In this document: in pieces, positions 8,390 through 17,451 of the stretch | Numbering within the stretch: the first letter of the stretch is position 1 | How the letters are laid out: every line of letters begins with the position of its first letter | DNA from: Acidimicrobiia bacterium | GTDB lineage: Bacteria > Actinomycetota > Acidimicrobiia > Spongiisociales > ZC4RG35 | Length of the DNA: 64,000 nt | Assembly: GCA_012270885.1 (NCBI GenBank) | Contig: JAAXHN010000009.1 | Span: 48,571 to 112,570, forward strand | Direction of reading: 5' to 3' | Translations under genes and position numbers: made by a program | Notes under the pieces: model-generated | The model's input: the letters and a program-made list of their open reading frames with translations, nothing else | What the model was told of the DNA's origin: nothing | Database searches by the model: none

Positions 8390-8512
8390 AAGGCCGCGGT
8401 GTTCACCCTGATGGTGCCCGGTGGGGTCAGGAGGTTTGGTCCCGGCCTAGCTGGTGAGGGCCGGGACCCGCCGATCGAGCTGATGATGCTGGCCGTCTGT
8501 CTGATGGCGATC
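8390..8512 (+). pseudogene. start-less 5' fragment of a second ICMT-family gene (duplicate of 6754-6879)
   Basis: The fragment includes a 21-nt perfect match (aaggccgcggtgttcaccctg) and is roughly four fifths identical by eye over about 125 nt. It encodes KAAVFTLMVPGG...LMMLAVCLMAI versus KAAVFTLVVLGG...LFVLAVCLMAI. It has no start codon and runs into low-GC non-homologous DNA. Confidence 0.6.
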
Positions 8513-8846
8513 TATCGAACTGTTTTGGCCTTTTTAGTTTGCTTTTGCCTGGGGGAAAGTCATACATGATTGGCTGAGTAGAAGGTTTTGTTTGCTTTTC
8601 TGGATGGGAAAATGTAACTGTTAGGGCTGTTGTAGCGGTTTAGTTAACCTTTGATCGAGCCAACCGGCACGTCTCTTCCGGTCTGCACCGCATATCGAGA
8701 GATGCTGTCGCGGTGTCGGGTTCGCTTTTTGGGGGAAAACGAACTAAATGTGAACCCATGGGCAGTTTCGGGGCGGTATGTTCGCACTTCGGTTGGGCCT
8801 TGGGGCGGTTACGGGCGGCTGGAGCTGACAGGTTAACCTCCCGGGG

Positions 8847-9614
8847 ATGAGTTATTTCGCAGGCAAGGATTTCGTGGTGACCGGGGCAGGGCGGGGGATC
8901 GGTCTGGCCACGGCTGAGATGTTGGTGGTCGAGGGTGGGAGGGTCTGGTGTTTCGACCTGGCCGAGGATCGACTCCGGGAGGCCATAGCGGACATGGACG
9001 GACCGGGGACCGCCTTGCCGGTGGTGACCGACATCTCCGACGAGGGATCGGTGGCCGGGGGTTACCGGCAGGTGGCGGAGGCAACCGGCGGGGTGCTGGC
9101 AGGCCTGGCCCACTGCGCGGCCATCGGACGGGCGCACCTCTTCGAGGAGATGACCTGGGAGGACTGGGAGGTGGAGCTGAAGGTGAACGTGTACGGCACC
9201 TACCTGATGACCAAGTACGCCGCCCCCCTGATGCGCGCCGCCGGAGGGGGTCGGATCGTCAACATCGCCTCCAACGCGGCGAAGGTCCCCGGCCCCTATT
9301 CCGCCCCATACAACTCCTCCAAGGCGGCGGTGATCAGCCTGACCCGTTCCTCGGCCAAGGCGTTGGCGCCCGACATCGCGGTCAACTCCATCTGCCCTGG
9401 ACACGTCGACACCCCGATGAGGAGCGGCTTCGGTGTGGAGGCGGGCCGGCTCGTAGAAGGGGTGGACCTCGACGCGGCGGCCGCCACCGCTCAGTTGGGA
9501 AGGCCTGCCCGGCCCGAGGAGATCGCCTCGGCGGTGCTGTTCCTGCTCAGTCCGGCCGCGGTGTTCATCAACGGTGAGGACCTGAACGTCAATGGCGGGA
9601 TAGTGATGTACTGA
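8847..9614 (+). CDS. SDR-family oxidoreductase
   Basis: It has the VVTGAGRGIGLA cofactor motif and the YSAPYNSSKAAV catalytic motif. Confidence 0.85.
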   Translation: MSYFAGKDFVVTGAGRGIGLATAEMLVVEGGRVWCFDLAEDRLREAIADMDGPGTALPVVTDISDEGSVAGGYRQVAEATGGVLAGLAHCAAIGRAHLFEEMTWEDWEVELKVNVYGTYLMTKYAAPLMRAAGGGRIVNIASNAAKVPGPYSAPYNSSKAAVISLTRSSAKALAPDIAVNSICPGHVDTPMRSGFGVEAGRLVEGVDLDAAAATAQLGRPARPEEIASAVLFLLSPAAVFINGEDLNVNGGIVMY

Positions 9615-9621
9615 ACCCGGC

Positions 9622-9641
9622 GCCCGGCGATGAGGCCGGGC
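9622..9641 (+). terminator. short GC hairpin after the SDR gene (possible attenuator/terminator)
   Basis: The sequence is gcccggc-gatgag-gccgggc (7-bp stem), 8 nt after the stop. It has only a weak T-tract. Confidence 0.25.
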
Positions 9642-9695
9642 CTGGCGTTCTGAGTAAGGTGATGTTTTGGGCCAAGACATGAAATCGAGCAGGAA

Positions 9696-10658
9696 ATGAC
9701 CGCGATCGCTCCCGCAACGCTCCTGGAACTCTACGAGTCGATGGTGACCATGAAGCTCTGGGACCAGACCGCCCTGCGGCTGCTGCAGGAGGGGAGAGTC
9801 CTGGCCGGGTACCACTCCGGACGAGGACAGGAGGCGATACCGGCGGGGGGCGTGGCGCCGTTGCGCCGCGACGACTATCTGATGTACGCCCACCGGGGAT
9901 TCGGGTACACGATCGCCAAGGGGATGTCGCTGGCCGCCATGTTCGGCGACCTGATGGCCAACACCGCGGGCACGACCGGGGGGCTGGGGGCGGGGATTCC
10001 GCACTTCGCCGACCCCGAGTTGGGGATCCTCGGCCAGGGGGGCACCCTGGGGAGTTGCTTCGGCATCGCCACCGGGGCGGCGTTCAGCGCCAAGTACCGG
10101 GGGACCGATCAGGTTGTGGTGTGCTTCTTCGGGGACGGGACCGCCAACCGGGGGGCCTTCCATGAGTCGGTCAACGCCGCCGCGGCCTGGAAGCTGCCGG
10201 TGGTGTGGATATGCGAGAACAACGGGTATGCGGTTTCGGTGCCGGTTGCGGAGTCTACCGCCGGACGGATTGTGGACCGGGCGGCGGGATACGGGATGCC
10301 GGGGGTTCGTATCAACGGCATGGACGTGACCGAGGTGTACAGGGCCACCTGCGAGGCGGTGCGCCGGGCCAGGGCCGGGGAGGGCCCCACCCTGATCGAG
10401 GCCATCTGCCATCGCTTCCGGGGACACTACGAGGGAGACCCGCAGGTGTATCGCACCGAGGAGGAGACCGAGCGCCTGCTGGCCCTCGACCCGATCACCA
10501 ACCTGGCGGACCGCCTGGTGGCGGATGGCATCGCCAGCGAGGAGCGCCTCGGGGAGTTGGAGGTCAGGGTCCAGGACAGGATAGACCGGGCGGTGCAGGA
10601 GGCGTCATCGGCGCCCATGCCCGGCCCCGAGCGGCTCTATGAAGGTCTCTACGTATGA
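9696..10658 (+). CDS. thiamine-diphosphate-dependent 2-oxoacid dehydrogenase E1 alpha subunit
   Basis: FFGDGTANRGAFHESVNAAAAWKLPVVWICENNGYAVS (TPP motif). Its stop overlaps the E1 beta start. Confidence 0.9.
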   Translation: MTAIAPATLLELYESMVTMKLWDQTALRLLQEGRVLAGYHSGRGQEAIPAGGVAPLRRDDYLMYAHRGFGYTIAKGMSLAAMFGDLMANTAGTTGGLGAGIPHFADPELGILGQGGTLGSCFGIATGAAFSAKYRGTDQVVVCFFGDGTANRGAFHESVNAAAAWKLPVVWICENNGYAVSVPVAESTAGRIVDRAAGYGMPGVRINGMDVTEVYRATCEAVRRARAGEGPTLIEAICHRFRGHYEGDPQVYRTEEETERLLALDPITNLADRLVADGIASEERLGELEVRVQDRIDRAVQEASSAPMPGPERLYEGLYV

Positions 10659-11641
10659 GCCAGGCCACCGCCACCCGCACGCTCACCTTCTCCCAGGCCA
10701 TCCGGGAGGCGCTCAGAGAAGAGATGGAGCGCGATGACCGAGTTTTCGTCTGGGGGGAGGACGTGGCCGTCTACGGGGGCATCTACGGGGCGACCGCCGG
10801 GTTGTTGGAGCAGTTCGGCCCCCGGCGGGTAATCGATACTCCCATCTCCGAGACGATGATCGTGGGAGCGGCGGTGGGCGCCGCCATCACCGGGCTGCGG
10901 CCGGTGGCGGAGTTGCAGTCCAGCGGGTACTTCGGAATCGCCATGGACGAGCTTTACCACAAGGTGGCGCGATGGCGATACATGCACGGGGGCGTCTTCA
11001 CCGTCCCGCTGGTGATCAGACTTCCCGAGGGCGCCAAGGGGGCCGGTCCCGAGCACGACGTCAGCCCCGAGGCCCTGTTCCTCTCCGCGTCGGGAGCGTA
11101 TGTGGTCATCCCGTCGGACCCCGCCGACGCCCTGGGTCTCATGAAGTCCTCGATCCGGGACGACAACCCGGTGCTGTTCTTCGAGCATGCCGGTTTGTAC
11201 GCCCACCGGGGGGAGGTGCCCGCCGGCGACCACCTGGTGCCGCTGGGCGAGGCTGCGGTGAAGCGGGAGGGAACCGATGTCACCGTGATCGCCTGGTCGC
11301 GCATGGTGGGGGAGTCCCTTCGGGCGGCCGCGCAGTTGGAAGCGGAGGGCATTGATGTGGAGGTGGTCGATCCCCGGGGGCTCCGTCCCCTGGACCTGGA
11401 CACGATCCTGGAGTCGGTGGCCAAGACCGGCCGGGTGGTGATCGCCCACGAAGCGCCGAAGACCGGGGGCGCCGGGGGAGAGGTGGCGGCCATCATCGCC
11501 GAGGAGGCGCTCGAGTACCTGGAGTCGCCGATCATACGGGTGGCGTCCGCCGACGTCCCCATCCCCCAGAGCCGCTATCTCCAACAGTTCCTGATACCCA
11601 CCGCCGCCTCGGTGACCGAAGCGGTAAGGAGGCTTGACTGA
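10655..11641 (+). CDS. 2-oxoacid dehydrogenase E1 beta subunit
   Basis: VFVWGEDVAVYGGIYGATAGL...RVIDTPISE, with the transketolase-like C-terminal domain. Confidence 0.9.
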   Translation: MSQATATRTLTFSQAIREALREEMERDDRVFVWGEDVAVYGGIYGATAGLLEQFGPRRVIDTPISETMIVGAAVGAAITGLRPVAELQSSGYFGIAMDELYHKVARWRYMHGGVFTVPLVIRLPEGAKGAGPEHDVSPEALFLSASGAYVVIPSDPADALGLMKSSIRDDNPVLFFEHAGLYAHRGEVPAGDHLVPLGEAAVKREGTDVTVIAWSRMVGESLRAAAQLEAEGIDVEVVDPRGLRPLDLDTILESVAKTGRVVIAHEAPKTGGAGGEVAAIIAEEALEYLESPIIRVASADVPIPQSRYLQQFLIPTAASVTEAVRRLD

Positions 11642-11644
11642 CTC

Positions 11645-12823
11645 ATGCACATCCTGAGACTCCCCGCACTGGGGGAAACCATGGAGATGGGCACCATCAT
11701 CGCCTGGTACAAGGCCGAGGGAGAGGAAGTAGCGGTGGGGGAGGCTCTCTATGAGGTGGAGAACGAGAAGAGCGCCATCGTGGTGGATGCGATGGGGGCG
11801 GGCCTGCTGGCCAAGATCGTCGCTCCCGTCTCCACCGAGGTCCGGGTGGGTGCGCCGGTGGCGGTCATGGCCGAGGTGGGCAGCATGCCCACACAGGAGC
11901 AGATCGCCACACTCCTCTCCGGGGAGTCGATCGCCGACGCCCCGGCGGGAGGGCCGTCGGCGCCCGGCCCGGCGACCCAGCTGACGCCGGAGAGAAAGGA
12001 ATCAGCCGCACGGGAACGCATCCGGGCCATGCCCAAGGCCCGAGCCCTGGCCAAGAGCCTCGGGGTCGATCTAGCCGGCGTGCAGGGCACCGGCCGGGCC
12101 GGAATCATCACGCCCGACGATGTGGAGGCAGCCGCTGCCGAGGCGGGCCCGTCCGGTCCCCGGGTCCGGGAACGGCGTCCCCTGCGGGGATATCCCCGGG
12201 CGATGGCGGCCGCCATGGCCCGCAACTGGACGGAGATCCCCCACTTCTCCCAGACGGTGTCGGTGTGGGCCGGGCCTCTCCTCATCCGTCTGGCGGCGTG
12301 CCGGTCGGAGGGCCTGGAGGTCTCTCTCAACGATCTGATGGTCTCCGCGGTGGCCGAAGCCTGTCGCGAGGTCCCGGAGGTGAATGCCGCTCTGTCCGGG
12401 AAGGCGGTGATCGTGTACGACGAAGTGAACGTGGCCGTGGGAGTCGACACCCCCCACGGGTTGGCCGCACCGGTGGTTCACGGCGCCGACCGGATGGGCC
12501 TGGGGGAACTGGCCGGGGAGATACGCCGTCTCGCCGATGCCGCCCGTCGAAGGAAACTCACATTCTCCGACATCGGGGGCGCCACCATCACCACATCCAA
12601 TCTGGGCCCGAGAGGAGTCGACTTCGGGACCCCGATCATCAGCGTGAACACGGCGGCCACCGTCTACTTCGGGACGATCGCGGAACGGCCGATGGTGGTG
12701 GACGGCCAGGTGGTGGCCGGGCCGACGTTCTATGTGTCGGGAGCTTTCGATCATCGGGTGGTGGACGGGGCTACGGGAGCCCGTTTCCTCCGGGCGCTCG
12801 GCGCTGTCCTGGAATCGGAGTAG
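11645..12823 (+). CDS. dihydrolipoamide acyltransferase E2 component
   Basis: It has an N-terminal lipoyl domain (LYEVENEKSAIVVDA), a PSBD (RAMPKARALAKSLGVDL) and a catalytic C-terminus (SGAFDHRVVDGA). Confidence 0.85.
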   Translation: MHILRLPALGETMEMGTIIAWYKAEGEEVAVGEALYEVENEKSAIVVDAMGAGLLAKIVAPVSTEVRVGAPVAVMAEVGSMPTQEQIATLLSGESIADAPAGGPSAPGPATQLTPERKESAARERIRAMPKARALAKSLGVDLAGVQGTGRAGIITPDDVEAAAAEAGPSGPRVRERRPLRGYPRAMAAAMARNWTEIPHFSQTVSVWAGPLLIRLAACRSEGLEVSLNDLMVSAVAEACREVPEVNAALSGKAVIVYDEVNVAVGVDTPHGLAAPVVHGADRMGLGELAGEIRRLADAARRRKLTFSDIGGATITTSNLGPRGVDFGTPIISVNTAATVYFGTIAERPMVVDGQVVAGPTFYVSGAFDHRVVDGATGARFLRALGAVLESE

Positions 12824-12836
12824 GTGAGCCTTTGAG

Positions 12837-14468
12837 ATGACCTCCGACGGGCCCGCTCGACGCGGGGATGGTCTGGTCGAGAACCTGCTGCGACGGGCCG
12901 CCCTCGGAGACATGGTCCGGAGGCAGGCGGCTCGGCAGGGGAACAAGCCGGCCATTATCGCCCGATCGGGGGACGAGAGCCGGCGGGTAATCACCTACCA
13001 GGACCTGCACCGGTTCTCCAACCGGGTGGCTCACGGGCTGGCCCGCCTGGAGGTGGGCCGGGGCGACCTGGTGGCATTGATGAGCCACAACGCGCCGGAG
13101 GCGGTCGGCATCTATTACGGCATCCTGAAACAGAGTTCGGTGTTCACTTCCCTGAATCCCTCCTATACCCCGGCGGAAGTGGCGCGCCAGGTCGACCACG
13201 CCACTCCCCGGGTGGTGATCGCCGGACCCGGAGTGGCCGAGCGGGCCCGGGCCGGAGTGGCCGGAACCCGCGCCAAGCCCCGCCTGGTAGTCATGGATGG
13301 GACTCCGCGACCGGGCGAGGTCAGCTTCTCCGAGATGCTGAACGGCGTCTCCGATGAGATACCCGAGGTGCTGGTGGAGGAGACCGACCTGGCGATGGTG
13401 ATGTACACGAGCGGCACCGAGAGCGTCCCCAAGGGGGTGATGGTCACCCACCGGGCGATGATGATCTCCACCACGCCCTCCTGGTCGTACGAAGGGTACG
13501 TGGCAAAATCAGATGTGTTCCTGCTGCTGGCGCCGATGTACACCATGGCCGGCACGGGAGCGGTGACCAACTTGATCTCGATGGGAGCGACGCTGGTGAT
13601 GATTCCCCGCACCGAACCTGGGGCGGTCCTCGAGGCGATCGAGGCCGAAGGGGTGACCAACACCTCGCAGACCCCCACGTTCTACCACCGCATGATCCGT
13701 CACCCCGACTTCCCCCGGCGGGATCTCTCCTCCCTTCGCCAGGCGCACGTGTACGGAGGCCCGATCCCCTTCGGGGTGGTATCCGAGTTGTCCGGGCGCG
13801 CTCCCGGGGTGACCTGGGCGACCTACTGGGGCCAATCCGAACTCAGCCAACTGGGTGTGATCGGGTTCTTCACAGACCCCTCGGAGATCCCGGAGGGGGA
13901 TTCCCGGTGGATCGGCCGACCGACTCCCCACGTGGAGGTTAGGGTGGTGGACGAAGAGGGCGCCGACTGCGAGGTGGGCGAGTTGCTGTGCCGGTCTCCG
14001 GGTGTGATGGAGGGCTACTACCGGAATCCCCGGGCCACCGAGGCCGTGCTCCGGGACGGCTGGCTGCACACCGGCGACGTGGTCCGCCTCGACTCCCGTG
14101 GGAACCTCTTCTTCCACGACCGGCTGAAGGACATGATCAAGACGGGAGGGATGAATGTCTCCTCGGCCGAGGTCGAGGAGACCATCCGAAGGCACCCCGG
14201 GGTGATGGAGGCGGCCGTGGTGGGGACGCCGCACCCGGAGTGGACCGAGGCGGTGACCGCGGCGGTGGTGCCGGGGCGGGAGCAAAGCGTATCCGAGGCT
14301 GAGTTGATCGAGTTCTGCCGGGCTCGCCTGGCCGGTTACAAGACCCCCAAGCGAGTAGAGTTTGTCTCTGATTTGCCGATCGACTCCCAGGGCAAGGTCC
14401 TCAAACGCGAGTTGAGAGAACTGCTGGGAGATCGTCGGCGTTCGCGTCCGCCAGGAGAGAGAACGTGA
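12837..14468 (+). CDS. AMP-dependent acyl-CoA synthetase/ligase
   Basis: MYTSGTESVPKGV AMP-binding motif, WLHTGDV and IKTGGMNVS. Confidence 0.85.
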   Translation: MTSDGPARRGDGLVENLLRRAALGDMVRRQAARQGNKPAIIARSGDESRRVITYQDLHRFSNRVAHGLARLEVGRGDLVALMSHNAPEAVGIYYGILKQSSVFTSLNPSYTPAEVARQVDHATPRVVIAGPGVAERARAGVAGTRAKPRLVVMDGTPRPGEVSFSEMLNGVSDEIPEVLVEETDLAMVMYTSGTESVPKGVMVTHRAMMISTTPSWSYEGYVAKSDVFLLLAPMYTMAGTGAVTNLISMGATLVMIPRTEPGAVLEAIEAEGVTNTSQTPTFYHRMIRHPDFPRRDLSSLRQAHVYGGPIPFGVVSELSGRAPGVTWATYWGQSELSQLGVIGFFTDPSEIPEGDSRWIGRPTPHVEVRVVDEEGADCEVGELLCRSPGVMEGYYRNPRATEAVLRDGWLHTGDVVRLDSRGNLFFHDRLKDMIKTGGMNVSSAEVEETIRRHPGVMEAAVVGTPHPEWTEAVTAAVVPGREQSVSEAELIEFCRARLAGYKTPKRVEFVSDLPIDSQGKVLKRELRELLGDRRRSRPPGERT

Positions 14469-15490
14469 CCGACTCCAAGCCCCTGCTGGAGGCCGAGGGC
14501 CTCCACAAGCACTTCGTCATGACCGGAGCGTTAGGGTTCGGCGGCCAGGGCGTGGTGAAGGCGGTGAACGGTATTGATCTGCGGCTGTGGCCCGGGGAGA
14601 CGCTGGGGGTGGTGGGCGAGTCGGGATGCGGCAAGACCACATTGGCCCGCCTGTTGCTGCTCTTGGAGTCTCCAACCGAGGGGCGGATTTTCTTCCAGGG
14701 CGACGAGGTGAGTATCAACTTCCCCAGGGAGCAACTGGTCGACTACCGCCGCAACGTGCAGGTTGTCTTTCAGGATCCCTTTTCCTCGCTCTCTCCCCGT
14801 ATGAGGATCCGCGACATAATCGCCGAGCCGATCAGGTCGGCCGGCGAGCAGAGCCGTCAGGAGACCACCGACCGGGTGGGAGAGGTGATGAGCCAGGTGG
14901 GACTGGACTACGGGGCCCACGCCGATCTCTACCCCCACGAGTTCAGCGGCGGCCAGCGGCAGCGGATCGCCATCGCCCGCGCCCTGGCGCCCAACCCGAA
15001 GGTGGTGATCCTCGACGAGCCGGTCTCCGCCCTGGACGTCTCCATCCGAGCCCAGGTGATGAACCTGCTGGCCGATCTCCAGGAGCGCTTCGACCTTGCC
15101 TATCTGCTCATCTCCCACGACCTGAGCGGAGTGGCCCATCTCTCCGACCGGGTGATGGTGATGTACGTGGGCAGGGTGATCGAGTTGGCCGGCGCCGAGT
15201 CGCTGTTCTCCACCCCCGCCCATCCGTACACCGAGGCCCTCCTGTCGGCCGTTCCGCCGGCGCATCCCGACATAGAGAGCCAGGAGATCATTCTGGAGGG
15301 AGAGGTCCCCAGTCCGATCGACCCTCCGGGCGGGTGCACCTTTCACCCGCGCTGTCCCTATGTGATGGACCAGTGCTCCGATCTCGCCCCCGAGCACGGT
15401 GAGTTGGAGCCGGGTCACGGGGTCTCGTGCCATCTCTATCCGGGATCGGGCACCCGGTCGTGGCAACAGGTTGCCTTCGGGAGCCGATAG
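14465..15490 (+). CDS. ABC transporter ATP-binding protein, OppF/DppF type
   Basis: It has Walker A GESGCGKTT, the signature FSGGQRQR, Walker B VILDEP and an oligopeptide-type C-terminal extension. Its GTG start overlaps the upstream stop (GTGA). Confidence 0.85.
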   Translation: MTDSKPLLEAEGLHKHFVMTGALGFGGQGVVKAVNGIDLRLWPGETLGVVGESGCGKTTLARLLLLLESPTEGRIFFQGDEVSINFPREQLVDYRRNVQVVFQDPFSSLSPRMRIRDIIAEPIRSAGEQSRQETTDRVGEVMSQVGLDYGAHADLYPHEFSGGQRQRIAIARALAPNPKVVILDEPVSALDVSIRAQVMNLLADLQERFDLAYLLISHDLSGVAHLSDRVMVMYVGRVIELAGAESLFSTPAHPYTEALLSAVPPAHPDIESQEIILEGEVPSPIDPPGGCTFHPRCPYVMDQCSDLAPEHGELEPGHGVSCHLYPGSGTRSWQQVAFGSR

Positions 15491-15494
15491 ATCG

Positions 15495-16472
15495 ATGGAG
15501 TTCGGAATCAGTATCCCCAATTTCAGGGGAGCCGCCCATGTCGGGACCTTCCGCAGGGTGGCCGAAGCTGCCGAGGAGGCGGGGTTGGACGATGTGTGGA
15601 TTGGAGATCACATCGTGCTGGCCAGAAACATCACCTCTCCTCACCCTTACAGCGGAAAGGAAGAGATCACCGGTCCCCGGCCGTGGAGCGAAGCGGGGAT
15701 CGGGGACATGGAGGCTGACGACCCAGTGTACGAGCCGTTGACGCTGCTCGGATTCCTCTCGGCGCTCACGCGGCGGATCCGGCTGGCCCTGGGGACATTG
15801 GTGGTGCCACTCCGGCACCCGGTGGTGGCGGCCAAGATGCTCTCCACCCTCGACGTACTGTGCGGAGGGCGGTTGATCCTGGGAGTGGGGGTGGGGTGGA
15901 TTCCCGAGGAGTATGCGGCGGTGGACGCCTCCTGGGCGGACCGGGGAGCGGTCACCGACGAGTACCTGGATGTGATGACCCTGTTGTGGCGAGAGGATCA
16001 CCCGGGATTCGAGGGGCGTTTCTACCGCCTCCCTCCCGACATCTGCTTCTTCCCGAAACCTGTGCAGAGGACCATCCCGATCTGGGTGGGGGGAAACAGC
16101 CTGCCGGCCCGCCGGCGGGCCGCCCGGATAGGCACGGGTTGGCACGGAGCGTTTGTGCTCCCCGACCGAATCCCGAGGATCCGGGAGGACATTACAGAGA
16201 GGCTGGCAGGGTACGGTCGGGATCCGGAGGGGTTCGTGTACTCGAACCGGGTAAACCTGCAGGTGACCGATCGCTCCGATCCGGACCACCCGTGCCGGGG
16301 ATCGGTGGACCGGATCGTTGATTCGATGGAAAGATACGCCGAGGCCGGGACGACGCACCTGCAGATCGCCACGCCTCCCGGCCCGGAGACCGAGAACATC
16401 CTGGAGCAGTTGGAACTGTTCGTGACGGAGATCCGCCCCAGGCTCTCGTGCGTGAGAGGATCGGGCGGATGA
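15495..16472 (+). CDS. LLM-class (luciferase-like) F420-dependent oxidoreductase
   Basis: MEFGISIPNF... GGRLILGVGVGWIPEEY. ATG 15495 is used rather than the ORF-track start at 15399. Confidence 0.8.
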   Translation: MEFGISIPNFRGAAHVGTFRRVAEAAEEAGLDDVWIGDHIVLARNITSPHPYSGKEEITGPRPWSEAGIGDMEADDPVYEPLTLLGFLSALTRRIRLALGTLVVPLRHPVVAAKMLSTLDVLCGGRLILGVGVGWIPEEYAAVDASWADRGAVTDEYLDVMTLLWREDHPGFEGRFYRLPPDICFFPKPVQRTIPIWVGGNSLPARRRAARIGTGWHGAFVLPDRIPRIREDITERLAGYGRDPEGFVYSNRVNLQVTDRSDPDHPCRGSVDRIVDSMERYAEAGTTHLQIATPPGPETENILEQLELFVTEIRPRLSCVRGSGG

Positions 16473-17353
16473 ACTACCGGGAGATCTTCTCCGAACTCTC
16501 CAACCGTGGCCGGTGGGGTGAGGACGATCAGCGGGGGACTCTCAACTACATAACGCCCGCCAAGGTGAAGGAAGCGCTCGCACTGGTGCGGTCGGGCCGG
16601 GTGGTCTCGATAGGAAGGGACCTCGACACCGTGTCTGGACCCTCCAATCCCCGGCCGGTGGTCCATTACCTTCTCTACGCCGCGCATCGCGCCGAGGCGA
16701 CCATGGACTTCGTGGGGATCGCTCCCCACGGCCTCTCGGTCACCCATCTCGACGCGGTGGGTCATGTCTACTTCGAGGGGGAGATGTACAACGGTCGGCA
16801 GGCGGCGGACGAGGTGGATCGCTACGGGATGAATTTCGGGTCGATAGAGGCGATGGCGGAGGGGGTGGTGACCAGGGGGGTGTTACTGGACGTGGCCTCG
16901 GCGCTGGGAATGGACTACCTCGATCCGACCGCCACCATCGGCACAGCCGAGTTGGAGGCGGCCGAGGAGTATTGGGGAGTCGAGGCGGAGTCCGGTGACG
17001 CGGTGCTGGTCCGCTCGGGGCGGATGGTCCATGAATCCGGGGATGATCCTCCCCCTCCGGGACAGCGGGCAGGCCTCGGCATCGACGCCATCCGCTGGCT
17101 TCATCGCAGGGAGGTGGCGGTGTACGGGGGGGATTGCATCGAGAGGATGCCCTCTCCATACCCGGGTCTCGAACTTCCTCTCCACTCCCTCGGACTGGCG
17201 GGGATGGGCCTCGCACTCCTGGATTGGCCGGACACCGAGGCGCTTAAGGCGGTGTGCTCCGCAGAGGGCCGGGCCGAGTTCGTCCTGATGATGGCGCCGC
17301 TGCGTCTCAGGGGAGGGACCGGGTCGGCGGTCAATCCCCTGTGCATATTCTGA
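16469..17353 (+). CDS. cyclase-family protein (kynurenine-formamidase-like fold)
   Basis: RGRWGEDDQRGTLNYITP ... THLDAVGHV. ATG 16469 overlaps the LLM gene's stop (ATGA). Confidence 0.7.
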   Translation: MNYREIFSELSNRGRWGEDDQRGTLNYITPAKVKEALALVRSGRVVSIGRDLDTVSGPSNPRPVVHYLLYAAHRAEATMDFVGIAPHGLSVTHLDAVGHVYFEGEMYNGRQAADEVDRYGMNFGSIEAMAEGVVTRGVLLDVASALGMDYLDPTATIGTAELEAAEEYWGVEAESGDAVLVRSGRMVHESGDDPPPPGQRAGLGIDAIRWLHRREVAVYGGDCIERMPSPYPGLELPLHSLGLAGMGLALLDWPDTEALKAVCSAEGRAEFVLMMAPLRLRGGTGSAVNPLCIF

Positions 17354-17451
17354 GATTGGCGGCGATGATTATTCCCTTCGCCCCGAGCGGTCCTCTAACC
17401 TGAAAATGGTTGGTTTCTACAGAAGCGGGAATCCCGGAGAGTGATGCAAAG

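Noticed and set aside
8705-8720. The 16-nt string ctgtcgcggtgtcggg is repeated at 22450-22465, and both copies lie in low-GC intergenic pockets
   Set aside because: One exact 16-mer repeat is about what chance predicts for all-versus-all comparison of 64 kb of GC-biased DNA, and the flanks do not align. It is worth a genome-wide motif count but is not evidence of a repeat family by itself.
8640-10427. 595-aa minus-strand ORF, with similar very long antisense ORFs at 27566-28627, 28234-29388 (N-terminal part), 52968-53909, 15288-16358, 59795-61156, 58169-59116 and 22636-23802
   Set aside because: These ORFs are Pro/Arg/Gly-rich and low-complexity. Each lies opposite a gene with strong family motifs, and stop-free antisense frames are expected in GC-rich DNA. 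I treat them as spurious.
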